Part shown: piece after piece, positions 51,201-64,000 of the stretch
Layout: each line of letters starts with the position of its first letter
Numbering within the stretch: position 1 is the stretch's first letter
Assembly: GCF_006345805.1 (NCBI RefSeq)
Contig: NC_043008.1
Coordinates: 42,408,001-42,472,000, forward strand
Source of the DNA: Octopus sinensis
Lineage: Eukaryota
DNA: 64,000 nt
Direction of reading: 5' to 3'
The notes under the pieces: model-generated
Told to the model about the DNA's origin: nothing
The model's database searches: none
Seen by the model: only the letters and a program-made list of their open reading frames with translations
Program-made: the position numbers and the translations under genes

Positions 51201-52187
51201 TCATAATATGTGTGGTATAGTTTTAATACATTAATATATTATAATATCATATTGTAGTTACACTATACACTTTGACCGTTTTGAAATTAGCGCTGGCTTT
51301 CAACGGATTCTCTGATGCGTATTTAACCCGGAGTAACAGAGATATCCTTGGATGATAACTAAGATTGTAATCACCCGAGTTCGAAATCATGTGATAAGGA
51401 TATATCTATCTGTTGACTTCATTTTCTCAGTTTATCTCACCATGATGGAAAGGCCCTTTAGTTTGCTCCCTCGCTTTCCGTCAATTCATGATGTTAGTGC
51501 TGTGTGTGGCTAGTTTGTGTCGCTTTGACTCTTACTTCTCGCAATTGCCCTTAATATACATATGCATAGAATTGTAAGTATTTGTACACTCATATATATA
51601 TAGACATACAAGTACAACAATACTTTTGTGAACGGGAGAAAAGTTACATGAAGTTTGTTGAAAGCGATCTACCTGGCGGCCCTTGTGTTACTTGGTGGAT
51701 TTCTTTCGACTAAAGATAAAAGGAATATTTACACTCGTGGATACTGGAGTTTTTTCTACCATTTTGTCTGTAAAATGAGTGCCTGTGGGGGTTCCCTTGT
51801 GTGCTTCGGTGTATAGGCTTCAGTGCGTAGGAATGTGTATGTGAATATATGTATATATATATATATATATATAAACATATACATATATATACATATATAT
51901 GCATATATATATATATATAATATATATATATGTATATGAATATATATACATATATATATATATGTATATAGATATATATGCATATTTATACATACATGTA
52001 TATATATATACACACACACATACATATATACATATGTATATGTATGCGCATAAATTTAGATATATATTTATATATATAAAAATATATGCATATATATATA
52101 AACATATATATATATATATATATGCATACATATGCATATATATATAAGTATATAAACATATATATATACATATATATATAGAGAGAG

Positions 52188-52263
<76 letters not shown>

Positions 52264-53559
52264 GATAGATAGATAGATATGCTTGCAAGTATTTATGTAT
52301 GTATGTATATATCCTTGTATACTAGCACATAAACGCATGCATTTCAGCGTAAATAGCGAAAGAGATATGTTTGACGTGCACACACACACACACAGTGTGT
52401 GATATATAGATATATAGATAAATAGAGAGAGGGAGAGAGAGAAAGAGAGAGAGAGTGAGAGAGACTGTCAGAGCAAGATAGACCTACAGTAACAGATAGG
52501 CAGAGAGAGTTGGAGGAAAGCAGTTAAACTGATGGAGAGTGAAGGAGAGAGAGAGACGAAAGAGTGCAGCAACCTCGTTATCACTCACTCTATAACTAAT
52601 CAAGTCTACATTAACTGCTGTAGGTCTCGGTAACGACAGGACTATCACAATTGTCTCCCTTAGACTGTTCCTTCCACGAATATCACCTATATACAGATAT
52701 ATATATATCCATATATATTATATATACATGGCAATTGTATAATTATATTTCATTAACAGCAAGCGAATGCGAACGTGGTTAATTACAAGGCAGGCTGATG
52801 AACCAAATGAAAGAAAATGTTTGCCAACGTGTAGACGTATACTTTCTCTTGTACTTTGGGAGGTCATTGTATTGTGTAAATCCGCTCCCTAAACTGTGTG
52901 TGTATGCATAAAAGGATATTAGTGTCTACCTTTTTTTTCTATTCCTCGTGTTATGCATCTACATGCATTTACTCGTGCACGCGCGTATATATAAATACAT
53001 ATATTCATATATATGTACGTATAAACCCCCATATATATACATATATATATATGTTTATATGCATATATATAAATATATATGTATATATATATATGTATAT
53101 ATATATATGTATATATGTATATATACATATATATGTATATATATACATACATATATACATACAATGGGTTTCTTTCAGCTTCCCTTTACTAAATCCGTTC
53201 ACAAGAATTAGGTAGGAGCAGGGCTATAGTAGAAGACACCTGCCCAAGGTGCCGCGCAGTGGGACTGAAACCAGAAACATGTGGTTTGCTGGCAAGCTTC
53301 TTACCACACAAATACCTTTAGTGCGTTGGATCTTGAGCCTATAGTGGACCAAGGAATGCGTCCCAAAAATGCTCCAGTGACTTTACGCATCCGCTTGGTA
53401 TTCAATCCATACTTGTTAGTATATGCGTAACTGGAATTTACTTTAATCAGTATATTAGTGTCTGTACGCACTGCTAGTGCATAGGTAAGGAATCCCTAAC
53501 TTTACCTTGCTGCCTCTCTTTTTCTAAATACCTTGATTCCAGCGTACCTTAAAAATGTT

Positions 53560-55175
53560 GCTTTATATACAAGTTTGCAAAGGGGTCTGCCTCAGTTCGC
53601 TATAAGACAGGGCCACTATTCGGTAAAAACGGCTTAATAACTCCAGAAGAGGTAACCATCGATTACGTCAACATAACAGAAGTGGATGCAATATTGGCCA
53701 TTGATGAAATGAGATCAAACTAAGCAACAGGTCCACATTGACTCCTGGCTGTTGTCTTAAAGACATGTAAAAAGGCTCTTGCGAAGCCACTGCAGATACT
53801 CTTTCAGAATTTCCTTGCACGTGGCAAACTACCCAACATGCTAAAAGAGGGTATAATATGCCCTGTCCATAAAGGAGGGAACGGAGCAGATGCTAAAACT
53901 AGAGGCCCATCTCTCTGACATCAGCAAGACAATGTATCGAATTGTCAGAAAAAGGCTGATCACGTTCCTAGAAGAAAACTCCGTCCAGGGAGGAACTGCC
54001 TCACACAGTTGCTGCAGCACTTTGACCGGGTACTGAAACAACAGCTAAACCACTCAGCTGTAGACGTGATATACCTTGACTATGCCAAGGATTTGGACAA
54101 GATTGATCATGGCATGATATGTCACAAGCTGCAAAATCTTGGCAATACCGGGAAACTGGAAGCGTGGGTGCATGATTTTCTGCAGGGCAGGAGTCAGACA
54201 GTTGTAGGCAATTGTTCTCACTCTGAAGAAACATCAATTATCAGCGGAGTCCCACAGAGAAATTATACTGGGGCCACTATTATTTGTGGTGGCCCAATCT
54301 GACCAGTTATGCTGACGACACAAAAGTAACGCAGGCAGTTAGGAACCGAGAGGACAACATAAAACTGCAGAAAGATCTGAACGAAATCTACAAATGCGCT
54401 AACAAAAATAATATGTAGTTGAATGCTATGAAATTTCAGGCACTCCACTATTGGTCCAACAAAAGGCTAAAATCAGAATACACTAGTCGAGAAGGTAATA
54501 TGATCCCAGACTCAGAGTCGGTGTGTGACCTGGAGGTTTACATGAGCAGTGATGCAACATTCCATGTACATATTACCATGATGGCAACATTGTGCAAGTA
54601 AGTGGCTTGATGCATTCTGAGGACATTCAGAACGAGGGAAAGGGAGGCCCTGCTACTCCTATGGAGCACTTTCTTTTTAAGCCGCTTGGACTACTGCGCC
54701 CAACTATGGTCCCCAGAGACTGTGACACAAACTGTGGAACTCGAAGCAATCCAGCACCAATACACAAAGAAGATTGACTTGATGCAAAAGATGGGCTGCT
54801 GGGAGAGGCTAAAGGAGCTGAGTCTCTATTCCCTGAAGAGAAAACAAGAGTGATATGCGGTGATATATATTTGGAACATTTTGGAGGGTTTAGTTACCAA
54901 TTTTGGAATTGGCAGCTATACCAATCCTCGAACTGGACGGCACTGCACCATGCCAAAGATCCCGTCTTCTAAAATAAAACTGCAATAGTCTGGCTTTGAA
55001 GGGCCTGCAAGTGTTCAACATTCTTCTGGGCAACCTTAGAGATCTACATTGTGTTGATTTTAAGGAACGTCTGGACATGTTTCTATCTGAAATACCAGAC
55101 GAACCCACATCGCTGCAGAGAGACGCAAAAAAGAGCAGCTCCGTCCAACTCACTGCTTCAGCATAAACTATAATT
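53560..55175 (+). mobile_element. 5'-truncated, degenerate CR1-type LINE (RT domain to 3' end)
   Basis: LKTCKKALAKPLQILFQ, CPVHKGG, RPISLTS, LTQLLQHFD, VDVIYLDYAKDLDKIDHG, SGVPQ, YADDTKV, LDYCAQLWSP, WERLKEL.LYSL, EIPDEPTS. Stops and frameshifts throughout. Confidence 0.92.
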
Positions 55176-55262
55176 GGAAACAACACTTGGCACTTCTTCG
55201 TAGTTTGACGCAAACTTTCGACTAGACACGTTATATTGCGTGTGCTTCAGACCACTCTGATA

Positions 55263-56321
55263 ATGGAGAGCCAAAAGAAACACTATTGACAACTTATTCT
55301 TCTTTTGTCGCATTTAAAAAAGGAAGGGATAGAAATTTCTGGAAATCAGCACAAAGTTCTGCACTCTGTTTGGAGAGGATGTTCTCACTGGACGAGGTTC
55401 CAAAAGCAGTCAGGAAAACTTTTGTTTCAAGATGTACCTTGCTCTATACAGTCAACTGAGATTAACAGGGACTAACAAAAGGGGTTAACCGAAATCAACT
55501 TCCCACCCGTTATACAACTGCTGTAGTCGTCGTTATTCTGCAAATATTCAAATCGTGTGTTGAAAACCATCTGCGCTAACTTGGTTACATCAACAAGCTC
55601 AGTGTTCGGTTCCCACATCAAATGAATGAAGGTAAACCCACACAACGGATTTCCATCTCCGATTCATTGCAGAAACGTCAAGAAAACGGAAATGAGATCC
55701 TCTATAACAATATGAAGTACAAACGGTCGTGGAGGGTGACGGCAATGAACCACTGAAAGCAAACTCCAGAACAGGTCTTCACCCGAATGTCATACTTCCA
55801 TGTTGGTTGTATTGGAAGAGTGCTGTCTTTTACGAGGTTCCACCCACAAACTTGACCATCAATTTGGATGTGCAGAGGGACGCGGGGATCCAGTAAAAGT
55901 AAGTAGCACTTGCTAATCGTAAGGCAATTGTCTTTCATTACAATGATGCCAGACTGCACAATTCTTTGCAGTCACAGCGGAAGTTCGTCAGATCGGCTCG
56001 GCTTGGCTTGGAATTTGGATTGCACCTTTTTCATTCATGCGAACCTGCGCCTTCAGATTTCCACCTGTTTCGGTCACTTCAGAATATATTCAACTGGTCG
56101 GGTACTCAAATCTGAAGAGAATGTAAAAGTTCCCTTTGCAAAGGTTCCCACGTCAGCAAAAAGAGTAATTTCTTGTTCCTGGAATAAGTGAAACACGATG
56201 ACAGAAGATGCTGGAACGAAACTGGAATATATTTACTTGAATGAAGAAATCGTTTTGTGTATAAAACTTATTCTTAGTTTCGCTTAAAAATCCTGACAAA
56301 ATTTTTTACCGACCCAATGTA
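55263..56321 (+). mobile_element. Degenerate mariner transposase and right end
   Basis: MESQKKH, FGEDVLT, ENHLR*LGYINKL...PH (WVPH-like), GLHP, ANRKAIVFHYNDAR, APSDFHLFRSLQN. The right terminus reads ...ACCGACCCAATG|TA. The left TIR was not found. Confidence 0.88.
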
Positions 56322-56718
56322 TAAATTTTGAAAAATTCCACATTTGCCTCGGAATACAAGAATTTATTACATAGCACTAATCAAACTCGGTTTTGATAAA
56401 TGCAATGCTAGAAACTCGAGTTGTCTGGGGTCACTTGTGCGGCTTTACAATTAAACCTTATGCTCCATCAGGAAGTTATGTGTGTGGGTGTGGGTGTGTG
56501 TGTGTGTGTCTGTGTGTGTGTGTGTGTTTGTGTGTGTATGTGTGTATGTGTGTGCAGTATGTGTGATGACTGTGTGTTGTGTGTGTGTGTGTGTGTGTGT
56601 CTGTGTGTGTGTATGTGCGTGTGTAAGTGTGAGCAGTGTGTGTGATGAGTGTATGTTGTGTGTGTGTGTTGTGTGTGCGTTGTGTGTGTGTTGTGTGTAT
56701 GTGTGTGTGCTGTGTGTA

Positions 56719-56751
<33 letters not shown>

Positions 56752-57058
56752 CTGTGTGTGCGTGAGTGTATGTTGTGTTTGTAGACATACAGATATATAC
56801 ATATATGGAACTGGCACTTTGTCGGTTACAACGGAACAGCTGCTCGTGAAATTGAAGTGCAAGTGGCTGAGCACTCCTCGGCGTTCTCAGGGAGATCAAG
56901 CATGAAACAAAATGTGACTAGAGGGGTCCTCTGAAATACAGGTATAACATATTTCTGCCAGCTGATTGAATAGACTCTCTCTCACTCTCTCTGCCACCCC
57001 TCTCTCTCTCTCTCTCTCTCTCTGCCCCTCTCTCTCTCTCTGCCCCTCTCTCTCTCTG

Positions 57059-57119
<61 letters not shown>

Positions 57120-57160
57120 TCACACACAAACAAGTGGTCTGATCAATAAATATCTGAACT

Positions 57161-57256
57161 GTTGCCATAGTAACGCAGAGCGAAGCCACTCGGCACAGAT
57201 TGACCTAAACTTTGCTGTGCATGCGCACTAAATTTTATCCTTCTAGCTTACTTCCG
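57161..57256. promoter_or_regulatory. Promoter-like motif cluster: RFX X-box, NRF1-like, ETS-like
   Basis: GTTGCCATAGTAAC 57161-57174, TGTGCATGCGCA 57216-57227 and ACTTCCG 57250-57256, in a CpG-containing unique island between microsatellites. Confidence 0.45.
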
Positions 57257-57577
57257 CTGTTTACAGCCGTGCTTGGAAGGAAGGTGTGTAGCGTGTGATT
57301 GTTGCAGGTTTCAGTCTGTGATTATGTGTGTGTGTGTGCGTGAGTGTGCGTGTATGTATGTGTGTGTGAGTGTCCGTTTGTCTGCCAACACCGCTTGACA
57401 AGGTGTGTTGGTGTGTCTGCGTTCTCGTAACCTAGCAGTTCCGCATAGGTTCCCCACAAAATAAGTACCAGGCTTAGAAAAAACGGGGGAAGTAGTGGCG
57501 TCTTTTCATTCGACTAAGATACCAAGCATGGCCGCAATCTAATAACTGAAGCAACTAACGAATAAAAGGCAGAAAAA

Positions 57578-57644
<67 letters not shown>

Positions 57645-57772
57645 GTTGCCTATTCTTTATGCAGAACCTGACCACATTTGAACCTACCTTAGATCCCTCA
57701 TGGCGTTTGATGCGGCTTTTGAAACGACACCACTTTACATAAGTTCTTATATATATATATATATATATACGT

Positions 57773-57803
<31 letters not shown>

Positions 57804-57820
57804 GATGGGTAGATAGATAT

Positions 57821-57873
<53 letters not shown>

Positions 57874-58269
57874 CAAGGAGATGAAAATATACTCGTACAT
57901 AAATGTGTGTGTGTGTGTGTGTGTGTGTGTTCAATTACTATGATTCCAACGGGTGGAGGCGGTGGTGGTGGTGGTGGTGCTGTTCAGATAAAAATAACCG
58001 AATAACCGGCTGCAAACATCAATCAAATAAATAGCTTATAACCTTATAACCCGTTAAATTTATAACAATAATTGGTTGCTGACGCTATCCGTGACCATCC
58101 TTAATTGTAATAAATTTGCTACAACTGTATATATGTGCTTTGCGTATATATATATATATATATATATATATGAATGTATATATATGTATGTATGCATACA
58201 TACACAGATCGTGAGAGATAAAACGAGTTAATGCGATTTTATATTCAAAATAAATTCTAAGCTTTAATG

Positions 58270-58548
58270 CAAGCATTTTTTATAACTGTGCTTCAAAAGA
58301 ATTCGGTCCTTCAAATTAAATTTTATCGTCGCTACCTAAGTAGAAATAATTGGCTGTCTCAACTTATATTATCGACTCTTCTGATATTTCTCATTTTCAA
58401 TATCTTCATAATTTCTTATCCAATTCTTTATCGTCGTTGAAATTCTGTGAATCATCCACGCCGTTCTTTATAGAAATAGGAATATTCAAACTAATAAAAA
58501 TTGCCTTGCAACTATCGTGGAGATGTTCACAGAGACAGTATTCTCATT
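58270..58548 (-). mobile_element. Possible mariner N-terminal relic
   Basis: NENTVSV and FNDDKEL weakly recall the GE.TVS and F.DD.L helix-turn-helix blocks. Heavily decayed. Confidence 0.3.
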
Positions 58549-58551
58549 AGC

Positions 58552-58639
<88 letters not shown>

Positions 58640-58666
58640 GTCTATCTATCTATCTATCTGTCTATA

Positions 58667-58713
<47 letters not shown>

Positions 58714-58802
58714 TTATCTACCTACCTTTCTATCTATCTCTTTCTCTCTATCTATTTGTGTGTTTGTCTATACATACATACATACATACATACATACATA
58801 CA

Positions 58803-58834
<32 letters not shown>

Positions 58835-58994
58835 ACTTTTTTCACTCATCAAGCAGCCAGCGTGCCGAGGCACTGCGCTGAAGAATCTTCAGTCGAACGG
58901 ATTGACCACTGGACGTTTTTAAGGTCGATCCTTATTCTATCGGCCACTTATGCCAAACTGCTAGGTGATGGGACGTAACTATTGGAGTACTGTG

Positions 58995-59345
58995 TCCTTA
59001 TTTTAGATGGGGAAGACGGGATCTTTGGTATGACGCAGTGCCGTCCACTTCAAGGATTCGTATGGCAGTCAATTCCAAAACTGGGAACTAAACCCTCCAA
59101 GATATTCCAGATATTTAACACTGCATCTCTCTCTCGTCTTCTCTCCAGGGAATAGAGACTCAGCTCCTTTAGCCTCTCCCAGTTGCCCATCTTTTGCATC
59201 GAGTCATTCTCCTTTGTGTATTGGCGCTGGATTGCTTCGAGTTCCACAGTTTGTGTCACACTCTCTGGGGACCCTAGTTGGGAGCAGTAGTCCAAGCCGT
59301 TTAGAGAGAAAGTCTTCCGTAGGAGTAGCAGGGCCTCCCTTTCCT
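58995..59345 (-). mobile_element. CR1-type LINE 3' fragment, same family as 53560-55175
   Basis: LDYCSQLGSP...ELEAIQRQYTK...WERLKELSLYSLERRRER...IWNILEGLVP. Colinear with 54640-54985. Confidence 0.9.
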
Positions 59346-59599
59346 TGGTTGTCGAGCGGTGGTGTCGAGAAACATATATACAAAGATACACACACACACA
59401 CACACACGGACCTCCATAAATTTCTGTCTACCAAATCCTGTCACGAGGCTGTGGTCGGTCCGTAGACACGTACTCAGAGGGACCGAACACGGTGCGATGT
59501 GGTTAGAAGCAAGCTTCTTACTACACAATCAAGCTTGATCTTATATCTATATATTAATATGTGTGCGTGTATGTGTGTGTGTTCACGTGTGTGTGTGTA

Positions 59600-60173
59600 T
59601 ATATACATATATATTCAAACCGATTTGGTTCGGGTACGTGAAGTTGATAAGCCACGAGAATAGCGAAAAATCGATGTCCATCAACTGTGAATGGGATTCG
59701 GAGTGAGTTGTCTCGCTTGTCCATGACTGAGGTGTTTTAACATACGGCGCTTTATGTGAGTAATTTGCATCAATCATAATCGTTGGCTTCCGATAAATAC
59801 GCATATAAGATTTCCGATAAATACGCACCATATAAGATTTATATCTGATGTCTTCGTGGACAACATTTCTGACTGTTCCTTCTGGAGATCTGTTGCATGT
59901 GACCTTATGGACTTTCTGGGATTGTAAATTAATCTCTGTTGAACTTTTTGGATAACGTCAGGTGTTCTGGTGATTTCAGAGCTTTTAGAATGCGTTTATG
60001 CTTTGATACTGGTGATACATTTCCATCTTCAGTATCTAGCTCTTACAAACTTTGTACACGAAAGATCTAGCAAATTTGAAATGTCGTGATATTTCTAAAT
60101 CGCTATGCTCAGCCTTTATAACCACAATAACAGCATGTCTCTTTATTTCTTGAGTAAGCTCAGTGTCTGCCAT
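59600..60173 (-). mobile_element. Degenerate Tc1/mariner-superfamily transposase N-terminus (maT/DD37D-like by recognition)
   Basis: MADTELTQEIKRHAVIVVIKAEHSDLEISRHFKFARSFVYKV / LDTEDGNVSPVSK / RTPDVIQKVQQ...NPRKSIRS / GTVRNVVHEDIRYKSYM. Confidence 0.78.
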
Positions 60174-61117
60174 TATTATCTTCCGAAACAAAGATTATAC
60201 ATTATGTATTATATATATATACACGATTTTATTCGTATAGCCTGTCATTGTAGTTGTTCCACCAGTGTTCTACTATTTAATTGTTAATTTAGTTGTTTTT
60301 GTTGTTATAGTTGCTGTCTTTATCTCCGGTGTTCCTTTATTCTTCCATTCGTAACACGTATCCACTCTGTTTATTTCTTTTTTCTCACCGTGCTATTTCT
60401 TCTTTCCAAACTGTGCTTCCGTACTTTCTCTTTCGTGTTAAAAACTAAAACATCTAAACACACAGTCATTGCCCTCTAGGAATATTTACAATTCGAAAAC
60501 GCTTCTAAAAGCTTAGAACAATAAGAAGACAGATCGAGTTTTGAAACAATTTAACGCTATTTCTTTAATCAATGTGATTATATCATTTGTCATGTTATTG
60601 TCAATGTATTTTGAGTTTTATTTTTTAAAACAATTTATTTTAATAATAAAGTTAACACTGCTACAGAAAAAAAACTGCGAGAGGTGGAATCGAGACTGAA
60701 TGATCAAAAGTGATGAGTAATTTAACATTTAATGATTGTCGGTTCGCCTCAGTTATCTGAACAGACTGTTATGTGTTAGAATATATTAATTTTGGAGAAT
60801 ATTCGTAGCATAATGAAATAAAAGGACTCTTAAATGAAGCATTAGTTTAAATGTAAATTTAATTTCAACTTAGTTTTAAATGTAAATTTAATTTCAATGC
60901 AGTTCATAATATCAATAAAGTTAATTTCAGTTGAGAAAAATTGACTAAATTTCAAACAAGCATAAACGATAAATCATTTCGTAATTTTTAGAGTTTTTGC
61001 GTAGTTCGGAGATCGATATCTGCCGTCGTCAACATTGAACTTTATCCCCCAGCATCAATTAAAAGTTCAGCTCTAAGACATAATGCGGCAGAAGAAAAGA
61101 AAGGAAAAACTACTTAC

Positions 61118-61173
61118 CGTTTACAAGTTGACGAAAGTACGAAGAGCAAAGGCACGGCGGGCAGCGGTTCAAA
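61118..61173 (-). other. Candidate 56-nt host exon
   Basis: Strong acceptor TTTTATTTTTTTTTCTGTTACCCTCATAG (AG at 61175-61174) and donor CG|GTAAGT (61117-61112). Two frames are open (FEPLPAVPLLFVLSSTCK or LNRCPPCLCSSYFRQLVN). Confidence 0.5.
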
Positions 61174-62814
61174 CTATGAGGGTAACAGAAAAAAAATAAA
61201 AGCGATAAAACTTTAGCTTCGTAAAGACACTGTTATCTTCTGCATAACGTCACTAATTCATATAAATTGAATCTATATGGGTAGGATGTTTTTGTTTTCT
61301 GCTGCACTCTTGGTGGCCGTAACAATGGTAACGAGCACTGAAGATTTCGACTGATTTAGTGACCAAAGAATTGGTAGAACCCTGCATTGATTGAAACCCT
61401 GTTTCAGTATTTTAGATCTTCTTGATATATTCTTTCGTTTCCCCTAATGCTTCCTTTTAGTGGTAGCATGGATTACACAGAAAGAAATTGAAGCATGGTT
61501 TTTATGGGCGGAGGCATTTCCTGATGTTTAGGTAAAGCCTCTCTCTTTTATTCAAGAAGAATTCAGAAGCACAGAGATAGCGACTGATTCGTTGATTGGT
61601 AATGACTATGCAATTTCTTTGAGATGGTAATATATTTTCAAAAGAACTCACCAATTCCGTATCTGTACAGTGGTAAGTTTGCTACAAACCATTTGTGTTC
61701 AAACAATCCTTTGATAAGAAGATATTTAATGCTCAAAATTATTGTTTAAAAAATGGGTGCTCCAGCATGACCGCAGCCAAATGACTGCCAGCATGACCGC
61801 AGCCAAATGACTGAAAAAAGTAAAGGATAAAGGATAATGCGAGTACCTCTATGCTGGTATACTGCCTGCTAGATATCGTAGTCACATCTCACTCAATCTT
61901 CACGCTGTATATTAATACAATGGTCATATTACTCCTGGATTTATATAGAATAAGGGGCAAATGGAGTATTTAGTGGGATCCAAGGGTAGAATATCTCTCT
62001 ATTGCATTTCCCGTCAAACAATATCAAAATATTCCAACAAAATCAGTTCCAATTAACCGAAGACATCGTCTCCTTTGGCTGCGGTTTCAGCACCGCAACC
62101 TTTAAAAGACTCTCAGTTTTTCAGTTTTATGAAGAAATATTCAAAAACTGTATTTTGAAGGAAGAATCAGACTCTATTTTCAATCAAAGAGCGTTATTTC
62201 CTTCTAGCTGCTTACCTAACAAGTTGCATTGAACGAAAGAAGCCATAATGAGTGAGTCTTAGATTTATGTATTCTAGTTTCAGTGTTGACCATCGTAAAC
62301 TAAGGAATATATATCTTATGCGATCGATACTATTTCAAGTACTATTTTATATCAGCGCAAAGCAAAGAGGTCACAATTTCAATTTGTTTGGCGGCAAATA
62401 AATGCGATGCAACGCTTTTACAACTAAATCAATAATTTACCTGTCTTCGATATTTTCATTTAAATTAATAATCTTCAACATCGCTTCATAGAAAAATACC
62501 AATTTCTCTCAAGACTGAATGTTCCAAAGAACTATTCTTTAATACCCGCTTCTGCAGGAGTGAATTTTAGCTCTGAATATGATGAAATGTTTAAGGCCTG
62601 GAAACATAAATATTAATGAATGATAAGAATGTATGCCGTCGTAAGAGAGAATTCCGCAATTCCAATATTTATTCATAGACAAATTTAGCGAACCCGAAAT
62701 CTCATATTTCCTTCTCCTCACACAAACGTTACATTGTAACCGTATTGACTGATCGCTTTTAATGGAAGTAGAACTTCAGATCATCGCTAGTTTATTCACA
62801 TTCTATTTATAACT

Positions 62815-62995
62815 AAGGCATCGAGCTGGCAGAAACGTCATTCGTTGCATTCCGAGTTCAAATTCCGCCGAAGTCGACTTTGCCTTTCATCCTCTCGGGG
62901 TCAATAAATTAAGTACCAGTTGCGCATTGAGGTCGATCTAATCGACTGGCCCCCTCTCACAAAATTTCGGGTCTGTTTGCCTAAAGTAGAAAATA
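62815..62995 (+). mobile_element. SINE family B with internal deletion
   Basis: AAGGCATCGAGCTGGCAG...GAGTTCAAATTCCGCCG...GTAGAAAA. Further family B copies lie at about 18515-18720, 25715-25855, 27155-27300, 29760-29897, 40225-40380, 48930-49075 and 63150-63330. Confidence 0.85.
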
Positions 62996-64000
62996 AATGA
63001 AGTGTCTTGTCTAAGAACACAGCTCATCTCCCTCTCCAGTAACTGAAACCACAGTCTTACCATCCTTCCTACTTCACCCAAACCACTAAATTACGCGCCT
63101 TTGATTATAGTAAGGGTTCAATAGATCTCCTGAATATAATGTCGTCTAAAATTATAAAACCTCAAATTTTTGAAAAGGAAGAGTCAAATATATCGATCGG
63201 AGTCTGTCACTGAGACTTTATTTTATCGATGAAATCTGTGCTGCAGAATCAATGTTGGTGAAATTTGAGTTCAAAACGCTAAGATCTTCTACTAAATGCA
63301 CCAGTGACTCCACCAACCCATTGGTATTCAATAGATCAAAAGACCAACTGCCATAAATTCATAGCATATTAATCTTTAACCGATCGACCTTTACTAAATG
63401 GAGACGAGAATAAAAGGAAACACGAAAAGACAAGGAGTCAGTGGCAGTCGTGGCATTAAATTGGTTGCAGGGGATGATATTCATCACACAAATTATGAAT
63501 AAGTGATTTCCCTTATTACTAAGAATTTAATTTTAATTAACAAAAATTTCTTGATTTATTGCATCAACTATATGAACGCTAACTTGACTGTCAATCGTTT
63601 CTGCAGCCGACAATCCTAGGCATATTTATCGTGTATTACATACATTTATAGTGTGGTGTATGACATTGTCCATGTCGGTATTCAGTTTCTTTCGAATGAT
63701 GAGGCCTATCACAGTAATGAGGCACAAGATGCTCCTACATTCCACCCAAACTACTGATATTTCATCATTCTGAAAAAATGTATTATTCATAATTTGGTTA
63801 TGCAGAAATATAGTACAATAAAATGGTAAAATATATTCTTTTTTTTTAAACTTTTCCCTTAAATTTCATCATTCATTAACTTTCCATGCTAGGCGCGAAA
63901 ATAATATTTCGTTTGATGTATCCAGTGCTTCAAAATCTGAAAATAGTTGGCACCATCTGCTCTAGTCTTTCTAAAATCCCAGTCAGTTTGCTGTGTTTTA

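Noticed and set aside
3578-58978. Long ORFs in the track made of poly-I/Y/H/M, CV/TH or YLSI repeats (e.g. 17718-18284, 24409-24924, 28313-28837, 46645-47590, 51820-52389, 58517-58978)
   Set aside because: They are translations of microsatellites, which lack stops in several frames. There is no coding evidence.
1-64000. CRISPR arrays, rRNA genes, prokaryotic operons
   Set aside because: None is seen. The repeats are simple tandem or interspersed eukaryotic elements without unique spacers.

Overview
AT-rich, microsatellite-saturated eukaryotic DNA. The SINE families look like those of octopus, so a cephalopod source is inferred by recognition, not by a database search. No complete protein-coding gene is visible, and most of the supplied ORF track is translated microsatellite. 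The window is mainly transposon debris: at least four tRNA-derived SINE families, R4/Dong-type and CR1-type LINE relics, Tc1/mariner relics, a MITE and Penelope-like element (PLE) remnants. The main feature is a ~6.5 kb foldback element at 31.7-38.2 kb. It has two near-identical ~2.5 kb inverted arms around a 1.36 kb spacer. The spacer holds the N-terminal part of a PLE reverse transcriptase ORF, broken into two oppositely oriented pieces. Each arm carries a minimal type I hammerhead ribozyme motif near its outer end, and both ends abut (TA)n. Several smaller hammerhead-bearing or foldback cassettes also sit in microsatellites. Other points are two SINE dimers sharing one junction, each flanked by a single target-site duplication, a compact X-box/NRF1/ETS promoter-like cluster at 57.2 kb, and two candidate host exons on the minus strand (26.6 kb and 61.1 kb). 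Some duplications may be long-read assembly artefacts and need read-level checks.
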